From: Vicugna vicugna
Taxonomy: Eukaryota
DNA length: 64,000 nt
Assembly: GCA_013265495.1 (NCBI GenBank)
Contig: MU058781.1
Location: 11,389,009 to 11,453,008 of the forward strand
Reading direction: 5' to 3'
Each line of letters opens with the position of its first letter. Position 1 is the first letter of the stretch. Shown piece by piece: positions 26,467 to 38,639 of the stretch. Made by a program: the position numbers and the translations under genes. The notes under the pieces are model-generated. The model saw nothing but the letters and a program-made list of their open reading frames with translations. It had not been told where the DNA came from and made no database searches.

Positions 26467-27496
26467 TTTATAGTTTGTCCTGTTTGTTGTTTACTGGCTA
26501 ACAAAACTAGATGGGTGAACTCCTGCTTTTCGGAGCCAGTGAACTCAGACAAGGCAAGCTGTATTTTTCCTTTTCCACTTAGCCACTGGGGGTTGCCAGA
26601 GATGGTCTCTTCATTCTATGAGCCTTCCTTCCTTGCTTGATCAGCCACTACTTTGACAAAAACTGCCTTTGCTGAGGCAGACTGCAACCACAGAGATGAC
26701 TGCAGGCCATGGGTGTACCATCTGAGCATCCTGGACTCAAAGAATCAAAGCAGTTCTAGAAAGGGACGTGGCAATGCCCTGTTCATTTCGGAGGTGACAG
26801 GATAAAACAGATAAGAGAACAATTTAAAGGATGGATGGAGAGCACTTAGTGAAAGGGTATATGTGAGAAGGAAGAAAAGGTAAGACACATTTTTATTTAT
26901 ACGTATTTATGTACCAATTCCTAGAGTAAATATATTACGTCTTTTCTAAGTTGCTGCAAATGAACACACTATCTCACCGTCTTTGTATTATAAATAACAC
27001 CAGAGTTTTACAGTCCTGGAGCTACTCTTCCTACATTAAGAGGAAATTTTTCAGAAGGTGAAACCTTGAAGGTACATCATGGGGCTTTAAATAGTCTCCC
27101 TAATTATGTGAATAGCTTAGCTTTCAATTGACTCAGCACTTTTCTTTCTTCCTAAATTTAACTCTTACTAATGGGGTCAACACTGTTACCTAAATAAATG
27201 CTTTGTCCTGTGCTCTAATAATTAAACGATCACCTTTAGAAAATATGCACAAGGAGAGAGAGTCTACAGGTGACTGTGCAGGAAAACCCAATCAGTGCTC
27301 GGTAATGTCCAAGTTCAGATGCTAGACGTTTTGTGTGTCAATGACAGTGAATCTGCTTTGTGTCCAATTCTGAAGCCAGCTGGTGATTACCACACTTCTG
27401 AATCAAGCAAACTGTTCATCAGTTCTGAGACTGTTTAATCTTTCAATTCCATTTATCGTCAAGCATATGATTCGTTGATCAATGAGCTCTCCCTTA

Positions 27497-27689
27497 AACA
27501 ACAAGGATACACTGTATAGCACAGGGAACTATAGTCAATATCATGTAATAAACTATAATGGAAAAAACTGAAAAAAAGAAAAATATATACGCATATCTAT
27601 CATGTACATACATATATATAACAATCACTTTGCTGTACACCTGAAACTAACCCAAAATTGTAAATCAACTATACTTCAATTTTAAAAAA
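27497..27689 (+). mobile_element. L1 3' UTR fragment
   Basis: ctgtatagcacagggaactata...gtaaatcaactatacttcaat plus A tail. Confidence 0.85.
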
Positions 27690-29758
27690 GAGCTGTCCTT
27701 TAGAATTTAACCTTCTGGCATTAAGTAAATAATTATTCACTTATTCCCTATGAAGAAAAAGGAACAAAGTAGAAAAAAGGTAGAATATTGTCAGGTAATA
27801 ATCTATCTTATTAATAACAAGAAAATTTCAAAATGATTTGTAAAATTAATCATCATCGTCATCAATAGCCATTTATAATAGTCCTTTTCTTCTCAAGACA
27901 ATTTTTACATACTTCATATTATTTGAAACTCCCATTAAGAATCAGAGAGAGGTAAGATATTGTCATCCCCAGTAGGTATAGAGAATATTCTGGTTTCATC
28001 AGCTGAAGTTCTGTGGCTCACCAATCAGAAGTCAATTTCTAGTTTCTCCAAAGTAAGCCTCTAAGTTCCAACGGGTAAGGAATAGAAAAGATGAAAGTGA
28101 GTCAGGGTTGCTTTTTCCTGATCTTTCTCACTCTTAGCACTTTCTCTTGCCAAAGCAGTCAGTAAACTCTTCATGGGTCCCACTCCATCACCCCAACCTG
28201 TGTGAGCCTGGAGAGTGGTCCTGAAGAGAGAAGGGCTCAGAAGGTACCGCAGAAGAGGTTTACACCTGCTGTTCCTGCATCTACAAAGGGCTCTCTAGCC
28301 CCCAAATCCTACCAACAAACCAAGGAGGTAAGGCCCAGGAAATCCAGACAATACATTAGTTGGGTGCCAAGCCCAGAAGGTAAAAACTTGGCAGTTTTTC
28401 AGCGCTATAGTCCGTGCTCTGACTTCCTCCACTGAAAGCTGAAAAGGTAAAATAAGTTCTGGAAAACCTGTGTCAATCAACACAGAGGATTACCCAGGAG
28501 TTTACTGGCAATGGAGATAATGCCTTACAATTACAGTATAAAGTGACTTCCTATTAGGAGATCAAGCAGAATTAAGGGAAACATGATCCAATGTTGGTTT
28601 TTAAAGCACAGGAAGGGCATTCGTGGGGAAATGGGGAGTAAACAAACTGTATGAAGCTCCAAGGGCAGACTAGGGAACAAAGAGGAGAAAATTCAGACTG
28701 AAAAAAGAGCGTCAAATCCCTCCTTTAACAATGTTCTAAGAATCAGATATTAAGGAGACAGTGGAGAGAGTAACACAAGATATCTCCTCCTCATCAAATC
28801 CATCCAATTAATGAAAGAAACATCAGAATTAGGCTTAATACACCCAGACTGGTGAAGATTAGCAAAGTCCTTTGAAGCAACAGCATCTCTGTATCAAGCA
28901 GACAAATAGAGAGACAGAAAGTACACTAATGAGAGAGATCTCATTCCCAGGCATGGCCAGAAGCATTACAAACATGCAAAAAGATTTAAAATGTGACACA
29001 GAATCTCTTTAAATACAATAACAAAACTGTCCCGGGAGGGAGAATGGGAGATACGAATAAATGCAGAGAGAAGCTTGTATAACCTGGAAAAACAGTAGAT
29101 ATTAAAGATAACAATATGTTAGGTTAACAAAGAAACAAAGAATGAATTAAAACTTACTAGAACGCTTTAAACTACTTAATAAAATTCATTTGCAAAAAAA
29201 TAAACAGGTAAAAATAGGCAAGGATATTTGGGGAATGAGAAGAAAAGGCAATGGTAGACTCTAATATTCATTATAAAGCAAAAATCACATAAAATATATA
29301 AATGAAAATGACTTTATTAGGGCTTACTCCATAACAAACTAGGAGGAACAAAACAATGAGATGGGAATTACTATTTAATAAATGCTATCATGATAACTAT
29401 ATATTACTAAGAGGAAAGTTTACTTGAATGTTCAAAAGACAAACAAAAAAATTAATAGGAATAGTTTAAAAAGAGAAGGAGGGAAAATACAATATTGGTT
29501 TCAAATGCAAGGACAAAATTAATTTGGTCAAATAAGGAATTATATATTATCAAAGACAAGGAAGATAAACACAAAAATATTCAAGCTTCACATCATGAAA
29601 AATAGCATTCTCCAAAAAGCATTTATGTAACACCTGTGATGAATGAACTTATAAAGAGCCAGAGACAAGAAACAGATTATCTTAATAGAATTAGACTGAT
29701 GACATGATTTTTATCAGCAACAATAGGTGCCAGAAGATAATAGAAATAAAATCTTCAA

Positions 29759-30035
29759 TACACACTACTGTACATAAAATAGATAAACAACAAGGTCCTC
29801 CTGTATAGCATAGGGAACTACATTTAGTATCTTGTAATAACCTATAATGGAAAATAATATGAAAAAGAATATATATATGTGTATATAACTGAATCACTAT
29901 GCTGTATAACTGAATCACTATACTGTATACCAGAAAGTAACACAATATTGTAAATCAATAGTACTTCAATAAAAAAAAAGAAAAAGAGAGAGAGATAGAA
30001 AGAGGAAGAGGAAGAGGCAGAAAGAAAGAAAGAGA
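29759..30035 (+). mobile_element. L1 3' UTR fragment with a 21-bp internal duplication (29884-29925) and A/GA tail
   Basis: Same L1 3' motifs; flanked by aatcttcaa direct repeats. Confidence 0.85.
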
Positions 30036-30262
30036 ATCTTCAAAATCCCAAGGGACATTGTCAACCTAGAACTTTATACTTACTAAAGTGTCATTCAACA
30101 GTAACAATAAAATAAGCATTTTTTTAGGTAAACATGGAGTACACCACTCACAGATGCTGACTAAAAGAGCTATGAAATGAAAACTGAACAGAGGGGAGGA
30201 AGAAGCCCTGGTAAGCTAGAAACTGACCAACATGTTGGAAATAATAATAAAAAATCATCCAT

Positions 30263-30520
30263 AAGGGGGTGGGAAGGGATAAATCAGAAGTTCGAAATTT
30301 GCAGATACTAACTTCTGTATATGAAATGGCTAAGCAACAGGTTTCTGCTGTATAGCACGGGGAACTGTGTTCAGTGTCTTGTGGTCATCTATAATGAAAA
30401 AGAACATGAAAACGCATATATGCATGTATATGTGTGACTGAAAGATTGTGCTGGGCACCGGAAATTGACACGACATTGTAAACTGACTATGTGTCAATAA
30501 AAAAAGAATGCAAAAAAAAA
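30263..30520 (+). mobile_element. L1 3' UTR fragment (younger subfamily variant)
   Basis: ctgaaagattgtgct...gaaattgacacgacattgtaaactgactat plus AATAAA/A tail. Confidence 0.85.
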
Positions 30521-31149
30521 GTTATCCATGAAAACTACTAACAATATTAAAGTGAAGCATGAGTGGTTGGGGATGAGGGGGAATGAAGTACACTAAGGCA
30601 GTTTTCGAGAAGAATGGAAACATTAACTTTAGGCTTTTTAAAAAAGAAAATATGCATTAAAAAATTAAATGTCCCATATTTTAAATGCAAATAATATATA
30701 TATATTGCAAAAAATTAAAAATTAAAAAATTTTAAAATAAATAAAATGTCCCTATTCTATAGAAGCTCATCCTACATGATAATGAGACAGGTGGTGTCAT
30801 GAGGCACACCCACAGAGCCAGATGGCCATCAGGGAAGGAGGGACTGAGGACTGGAAGGAAGACTTGAGCAATGTGACATTTAAGCTCTGTCCTGTGGGAT
30901 GAGTGGTTGCTTGTTGAAGAAAGAAAGGCATTCTAGGCTCTCAAGACTGCTGCACAGAGAAAGCATTGAATTTTGCAAGGGATGGAATATTTTGAGTAGT
31001 TCCATGTGGCTGCAGTGTAGAATAAGTTCAGGAAATGAAAAGAGGATGAAAACGTAAACCAAGAAGAAACAGCAAACACTGTATAAGTAACACTCAGAGG
31101 TGAGCACCTCACTGAGTAGGCAGTGGGGAGACACTGAAGATGTACAAAA

Positions 31150-31575
31150 ATTTTTTGTTGTGTAAAATGCATATAACTTAAAATCTGCCATTTTAAATAT
31201 TGTCAAGTGTATAGCTCACTGGCATTAAGCACATCTATTCTTGTGCAACCGCCACCACCACTACCTCCAGAACTTTTCATCATTCCAAACTGAAACTCTG
31301 TGCCCATTAAACATTAAATAGCACGACCTACTCCTGGCAGTTCCTGGTAATCACTAGTATACTTTCTAAGAATTTGACTATTCTAGATATTTCCCATAAA
31401 TGGAATCATACAATAATGTCATTTTGTATTTGGCTTACGTCACTCAGCATATCTTCAAGATTCAGCCATGTTGTATCCTGTGTTACAATTTCCTTCTTTT
31501 TTTTCAGGCTGGATAACATTCCACTGTGTGTATAGACCACATTTTATTTATCCATTCACCCACATATAGACATGA
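31150..31575 (-). mobile_element. L1MB-type 3' fragment
   Basis: ccagaacttttcatcattccaaactgaaactctgtgcccattaaac. Confidence 0.8.
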
Positions 31576-33029
31576 CATTGAAGATTCTGAATCAGAGGTG
31601 TGACATGTTCATATATCTGCTTTAGAAAGTAACTCTAGGAGGGGGTTGAAGGATGGTACTTCTGAACCAGAAGACCTTGTTTCAAGAAAGTGAGAATGGT
31701 CAACTGGGTGGAAGAAATCTAGGAAAATGAGATCAGAAAAAGTTTCTGCAGATTTAGGAAGAGCAGTTGCTGCACAGGAGTAGTTAGGAAAACCCGATGG
31801 AAATGTGTAAAGACTAGTTAGCTAGTAGCATACTCTTAAACACGAATGTGTCTGGGGAGAAGTCCTTCCCAGACTACAATAAAATGTGGAGCATTCGGCA
31901 CCTAGAACTTGGGTGCTTTGTAGCTTTAAGACAAGGAGGTTGAAGATAGTGAATTAATAAAATATTTCAACCTCCTGATCAGTACAAATATACTGAGAGA
32001 GATTCCAAAGATAGTAGTTTTATCGACGGTAAGTCATCTTAAGCGTTACTTGGAAAAAATTTTGAAGAAAGGCAACTATGTTATATTGACCAGGAGACAG
32101 CACAGTCAGACATCCTACACTTCATTTTAACGAAGACAGCAAAAAAAAACTGGTAAGGTATGCAGATAATCACAATTTTAGAATAATAGGATCGTTATCC
32201 AAGAAAGGAGCAACCCATACTTCCCCACCACCCTAGGAAAAAACATACTACAAACTGCAGCATTTAAAATCTGTGGGTGGCAACACCAGAGTTAATTTAC
32301 ACTTGATACTTAATCATTCTGGTGCTTTAAATTATAGCCCAGAATAAAGCCAACTTTGAACATTCATTTTGGGGTCGGAGTTATTCTGTTACTCTAGCTA
32401 CATGCTTAAACAGAATCCCATGCTTTTTCGAACTTAAGGCAAAGGATGCACAGCAGGTTGTGCATACCAACACTTTCCTGTTAACACCACGTAACAGAAT
32501 TCTGCCAATATAATTTGGAGCTAAAACTCCAACACCATATCTTTATCTACTTGTGTGTCATTTCTTTAAGAAGCCTTACTTTGCAACTCAAACACCTATG
32601 GTTAAAAGACTCCACCAAATGATGCAAAAACAGGTTATTTTGGTCCAACCATATTTACTGCTTAATAGAAGTAAACAAGTAAGTTTCTCACTCTGGAATT
32701 CAAATGAAGAGTATCTAAAAATACAAATTAAAAAACCAAAAAGAACAATAACCTCCCAATTATTCCAGGCCTACTAAAGCTAAACTCCCTCTTTAGGGTA
32801 TCAAATATAATTACCTGGAATTGACATACCTTTAGATTGTGATTATTATATTTATTATTGTTGTTGTAAAGATGCTGCAAGGAAAATGTATGTATTTTAT
32901 GACAATGTGACATTGTAAATCTGAACAAGTTTTGGGCACATCAAAATAATTCTACTTTTAGTGCCAAATTAATTTGAAGACATAGAAAGTATTTCCTGAA
33001 AAGAAAACAACCCAAGAATAGTAGCAACT

Positions 33030-33260
33030 AAATTTTATTGAAGTGCTATTGCATTCAAGGCAATAAGCAAAGAACTCTTACACATATTGTTTTATTTAAT
33101 TCTTATAGGGATTCCATTAAGTCGGTCCTATATTATCCCTATTTTACAGATGAAGAAACTGAGGTTAATAGGAATTAAGTAATTTGACAAATGTGACACA
33201 GCCACCAAGAGCAGAGCCATGACAAAACCCAGGCCATCTGAGCTGGCGATCTAAATCCCT
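33030..33260 (-). mobile_element. MIR SINE
   Basis: Core ctattttacagatgaagaaactgagg. Other MIR relics at ~7830-7930, ~21720-21880, ~35700-35900, ~53560-53750, ~61570-61685. Confidence 0.8.
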
Positions 33261-33572
33261 GCCCCAAAACAGTCATGCCTGGTTCTACATATTTATTTGA
33301 AGAAAATCCTTCTCTATTTGGCTAGGGAAAAAAAAATTAAGTCAAGAAAAGTCAACAGCAAATCCATTCTTTTACATTAATAAATTATTGAAGCTCTCTT
33401 TTGACTATGACTAATCATAAAGATTTTAGCTGAATTATTTTTATTATTCTGAGAGGAAATTAAGTCCCTCCCTTGGTATTTTAAGTGGCAAACATTAATT
33501 AATCTTTCTATCACCTATGGTTCTAAAAAGTCTTTATATATTTATATTTCTGTTTCAAATTACAGAGGAATT

Positions 33573-33715
33573 GGTAGGGGGAGCATAGCTCAGTGGTAGA
33601 GTGCGTGCTTAGCATGCACAAGGTCCTGAGTTCAACCCCTAGTACCTCCATTAAAAAAAAAAATCTAATTACCTCCCCCCAAAATTAAAAACAAAATTTT
33701 AAGAGTAAAAAAAAA
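33573..33715 (+). mobile_element. vic-1-like SINE with perfect 16-bp TSD
   Basis: TSD AAATTACAGAGGAATT at 33557-33572 and 33716-33731. Confidence 0.93.
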
Positions 33716-34721
33716 AAATTACAGAGGAATTCAGCTTTCTTTACGCCTCCTAAGTCTAGAGCTGAATTGAGATCTCCAGTTTTCCTTATTTGTATGAAAA
33801 TTTATGTAAAACAAGCACCAAATAAAATTTTACATTTGAAATAATTTTAGTAGTCTTCCAGATTGTGGTCTTCTTATAATAAACAGTTTGAAGCATTTGG
33901 ACAGCGAGTATACATTTCAGGAATAAAGAAATAAACAAACACTAAAATTCCCTTCAAAAATTCTTGTTTGTTGGGGGGGCGGTTGTCTAAAATTTACTTT
34001 TTCTATTATCATCATCAAAAATATCATCCAATTTTTCTATTTAAGCTCTGGAAAAACAACTAATATTAACCCACAAACCAAAATGTTTAGATGAGAAATC
34101 TAGCAATAAAAATGGATATGAGTGTGTATATCATACTTTTTTCTCTCTCCATATAATTAAGAAAATAAATGATGACATTCATAATCTTAGGTTTATGCTC
34201 TTGATTAAAATATCTTGATTAATGTTCATTCTGTGGAGGAAGTTCAAAGGGAAGGAGAAAAAAGCCATTAAGAGGTTTTAAGCTTCAGATTATGGTAAGG
34301 TTCAGAGATAAAATGAATTTAGCAAATGACAGCAAAGATCACATAAATGTTTCTAAACGCAGTTTAAGGAAAACCGATTCTACAGGTCTATGAAATGCAA
34401 TTAGTGAAATTGGGAAAAGATGCAGATTTCCTGACTCCACCCTACTAAGAAACAATCAATTAGTGCAGTAATCAAGAAATGCCCTTTCCTAGATATGCAG
34501 AAGAACCTTAAGACGTTCACCTCCTAACTCAGGGCGTCTTGATTTTATTTTTCTTTTGCATAACCTGCCGACTTGCTGCCCTCCCTTCCTATCATTTGGC
34601 CATTTGGCCAGCCGGGTTGGGAAGTGGGATACTGTACCTGAGGTCGCTGCTGGCCAGGCTGAAGCTCGCCCTAGTCGGTGCAGCTGGCCGTCCCACCTGA
34701 TCCTCTTCGTCATCTCCCCGC

Positions 34722-34747
34722 CACACACACACACACACACACACACA
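34722..34747. repeat. (CA)13 microsatellite at the start of KIAA0319 intron 1
   Basis: Read directly from the sequence. Confidence 0.95.
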
Positions 34748-34904
34748 GTCACTCTTCCACACACTGGCACGCGCATCTTCTGTCAGGGAGGAGGTACCGC
34801 CCCATCCAAGCAAAACCCTCGCTTTCTCCTCCCCAGGATACAGCCCCAGAGGAGAGACTCATGCCCAAACCGGAGACAGGTTTAGGCTACTGCTGCGCTC
34901 TTAC

Positions 34905-35110
34905 CTCCAGCAGTGACAGTGATTGTGGCCACCGCTCCTCTGCACCGGGCCAGCTAGGCCTGCCAGGGTCAGCACCGGTCTAGTAAGGATGCAACGGGAG
35001 GGCCCCTGCCTGACCCCGGCTGCAGCTTCAGCTTGCGCTGGGAAAGCGCGCGCCTGTGATTCAGCGCCTTTCCGCTGCGTGGTTACCACGGCGACGCGCG
35101 CGCACGCGCA
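34905..35110 (-). other. KIAA0319: KIAA0319 non-coding exon 1 (5' boundary approximate)
   Basis: Strong donor CTGGAG|GTAAGA at 34905/34904 inside the only CpG island between exon 2 and TDP2. Confidence 0.75.
35082..35095. promoter_or_regulatory. RFX X-box motif GTTACCACGGCGAC
   Basis: Imperfect palindrome fitting GTNRCC-N2-RGYRAC at the presumed TSS. Confidence 0.65.
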
Positions 35111-37524
35111 CACGCGTCCCCCGGGATGGGCAGGCGGCCGTCCTTGCCCAGCTTCCAGCTCGTAGCTCGGCGCTCTAAAGATGGGCATCCAGACCATGGA
35201 CTCCCACTTCTCAGGGGAACAAGCAAAGTCTCTAGAGAAGCAGGGCGGCCTGCATGCCCCACCTCCTTTTCTTACCAACGCCTTCCTGGTCACCGTGATC
35301 CTAAACAGCCTGGGGGAGAAGCGTCAACCAGGGTAACTCAAGGGAGCCTTGATCACACTACTAGGGTCAAAGACCCTTTGCAAATGTACCCCGAAGCAAA
35401 GTCACCCTACACGCACAAGTCCCACTCCTCCAGTGGGAGCCTCTTTTGGCTGTTTTGAGCATGTGTGCTTTCTGAATGAGGATAAAAAACAGGTGCTAGA
35501 AGGCGCCCAGACCAACTCCACGGTTTCTAGGTTAACCAGGTGCCCAAAGTATTTCGATTACATTTGCATGTATGGGAAGGTGATCATCTGAACAATAGGA
35601 AACTCATGTGGAAGGCTCGTCCTTGCATTTGTACTGTTTTCGTATAAGATGCTCAAGCATCTAGGGCTGCTAACATGGTGCACAAAAGGAAGCCAGGGCA
35701 TTCGCTGCGCATTCCCTTACTATGAGGTATAGTGCAGTGCTTAGGACCAAGTCACAGAGACCGTTGAATAGGCCCCTACTAGGCTCCTCACTAGCTATGG
35801 ATGGGCCTTGGAGGAGTACATAATCCTGCTTAACCTCAGTTTCCTCAATTTTAAAATGGAGATAGTAACAGTATTCTTTTAGGATGATGGTGGGGCTTAA
35901 AACAGAATTCACACTGAAGGCATAAAACCCGCCCAGGACTGAAAGAGAGCAAATCAGTTTAGGCTAAAAAGAAAAAGGCAACCCTGCCCATTGATCAGGC
36001 TGGGAGGAGATGCAGATAAAGCCAGAAGCAAAATTAACAGGAAATGATATTTCTCCCAAAGTCATTTAGCAGCTGTAAAACAACTTACAAAAGACACTTT
36101 CCTCTTTTCTATTCTCACCTGGCATTCCCCGGTGCCTCCAAGGTGTCCTTTCCCACTGCATCAATAGATCTGATTTAGCCAGACAACAGGCCTACTCCCA
36201 GGAGTCTAAATAAATTAAGTTATATGGGCTTAAAATATTTAAATATATTGTATATGTAAGCATATACATATATAAGCTTAGCCTAGAATGTTAAACCTTG
36301 ACATTTCAACTCAGAGCCAGAAATGAATATTTTGATATATATAATACTTATTTTGATGCATACTGCATGAAAATGTTAATCCGCCTCCCTAGAACACAAA
36401 TGTAAAGTCACTATATTTCATTTTTCTTCAGCATTTATTGAGCTTCTGCTATATGCCAGATGTAACAAATACTAAAGATAAAATGATGTATCTTTAGTAA
36501 AGCTTTTCTGACTATGTCGGCTCTTGTTTATATGCTGTTGGCTGGAAAATTTGTCCTTACAAAACTGCACAATAAAAGACAAGGAACTGTCCTATTTGGA
36601 GGTGGGAGAAACTGAGGTCTAGCAAGGTTCAAGTATATTTCATACCAGTGGCAAAGATGGTGCTTAGCATATTGAAATATAAGATACTGAGATGGAATTT
36701 TACCAAAAAGGGAAGATACACAACTCAGAAAACTTGAGATTCGAAGTAAGAAATTCAAGATACTGCATAATACTTTAATTCTTGCATTGTTTGAGAACTA
36801 CTGCCCATCAAAACAGGCTAAAAATAGTTTTATTGTTCGTAATCACTTCACTTATAACTTGTTAGATTTTGTTACTATAAGCATTAAGTGGGAAGGTATT
36901 TCTCTTGGATGCTGAGTCACATAAAGGAAATTATACTCCTTTCCAGTTTTGAAACAATTTGATAATTGTTTAATCTAATACACATTACTACATATTTTTA
37001 TTTTTAGCTTTTCACTCATCTAGTTGTTTTTTTTTTGTAATGTGAAGTGTGGTGTTCTAACTTTTTCCTTCCAAGTGAATAAGCAATTTATGCCAAAAAC
37101 ATCCTTTTCCCACATAAATGAACTACTACCTCCATAATGTATGCTAAAATATTAGCATTAATTCTTATTTTATTTTTAATGATGAAAATTATGATTAACA
37201 TACAAGACTCTTTCCCATTACCACAAAGGTAATGTCATGTAAAAATTCAGCTTTTTTTTAGGTGTTTTAGTTGTTAATTTTGACATCCCTGATGAAAATA
37301 AGATTCTTCTCATTGTAATTACTACAACTAGCTTTCCTTTTTTTATGTACTGAGGAAGTCAGCAGTCTTGGTAACACCTGGCAGGGTAAGCAGCACTGTG
37401 GAAAGCTGTTTTCTTCCACACAAAGATGAAGCAGTAGCAGCGGTCAGAAACAGGAAGCAGGTAAAAACTTCAATCCCATCGTAAGCACAAAAATATGAAA
37501 ACAAACTATAAACAAGCATAATTC

Positions 37525-37530
37525 TTTATT
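37525..37530 (-). terminator. Probable TDP2 polyadenylation signal AATAAA
   Basis: TTTATT on plus, ~830 nt past the stop codon, followed on the minus strand by GT/T-rich sequence. Confidence 0.55.
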
Positions 37531-38357
37531 TAAAGTACAGTCTCTTATAGGAAAAAAAAATGTTTCCTTAAAGCACATGTAGAAGTGCTCCTCATTCACC
37601 TTTTGTAAAATAATTCAATTTTACAAGATGCAAAAGTAAAAGGCTGTTTCTCTTTATACATTTATTTTTCTCTTGGAAAAAAAAGTCCAGTGCCACTGTA
37701 AAACTGACTTTAATCATCAAGTCTAACTCTGCCTCTGTTGGTGACATAACTTCAGACATGAATTTTCTGAAATGAAGCAATTTTAAATCATGAGTTCATT
37801 CATAGCTTACCAATCATGTACAAAAATAAAGTCAGATGTAGCAGAGCTGCAATCTACTTAAATGCAGATGATCATGGCTTTTTCATCTATCTTGGCTTTC
37901 TTAAATATCAAAAGATCCAGTCCCAAGGGCTTAGTAAATTTTTTTTAATTAAAAATTTTTTTTAATTTCTGAAGACTTATTTAAAATATTATGTATCTGG
38001 GTACCTGATTTAAAAAATAAATCAAATATAAAGGCTAGCCCAGAGACAATGTGGCCCTGCTTGAATCTAGTCAGCAGCTCTGAGCACTGTTACAGCTCTC
38101 ACAGCCTCTGTGACCTTTCACTAAGAGGCCTCATGTTCTGAACACAGGTATGCTTTAAATACACATGTTGGTTTCATTCTGAAATCTGAGGACACAATCT
38201 ACAAAATAAAATCACAGTAGTTTTTTCTTCTGTTACAATGATCCAGTTTATTAATTCCTCCATATTAAGCTACCTTTCCAGATAGGTAGAAATTACATTT
38301 GCAAAAACACAGAACAAAATTGCTCAGAACATTCAAAACTTGTATTTGAAACAGATT

Positions 38358-38639
38358 TCACAATATAACATCTAAGGTGCACAGAAGACCCCAGTGATCA
38401 CTCGGAAATCTACCACAGTCCAGTTTTTCTAACCCAAGGAGGTCCAAACTTCGGGGAATAATGTGGCCACTTTCTGATGCTGCTCTAAAAAATATTCGAT
38501 CAAAACGAAGCTTACAAGCCGCAGCTATTCCAAGATTAGAGTTCATTTGTGTATCCCATGTATACTGGCAATGCTTAGGTTTGCCCAAAAACTCCCACAC
38601 ATCCAAAATGTTGTTGGGTAAACCACCACATTTGGTAAC
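38358..38639 (-). CDS. TDP2: TDP2 exon 7 (coding part, TGA at 38358-38360)
   Basis: [29 protein letters not shown]...[16 protein letters not shown]. Confidence 0.97.
   Translation of the reverse strand, partial: VTKCGGLPNNILDVWEFLGKPKHCQYTWDTQMNSNLGIAAACKLRFDRIFFRAASESGHIIPRSLDLLGLEKLDCGRFPSDHWGLLCTLDVIL

Larger units (their letters stand above)
34590..35210 (-). promoter_or_regulatory. KIAA0319 CpG-island promoter
   Basis: Locally high GC and CpG (e.g. gcgacgcgcgcgcacgcgcacacgcg) upstream of exon 2. Confidence 0.8.

Noticed and set aside
18334..34982. Possible N-terminal extension of KIAA0319 via the stop-free exon 2 5' UTR
   Set aside because: After splicing to exon 1 the frame meets TAG at 34980-34982 with no ATG in between
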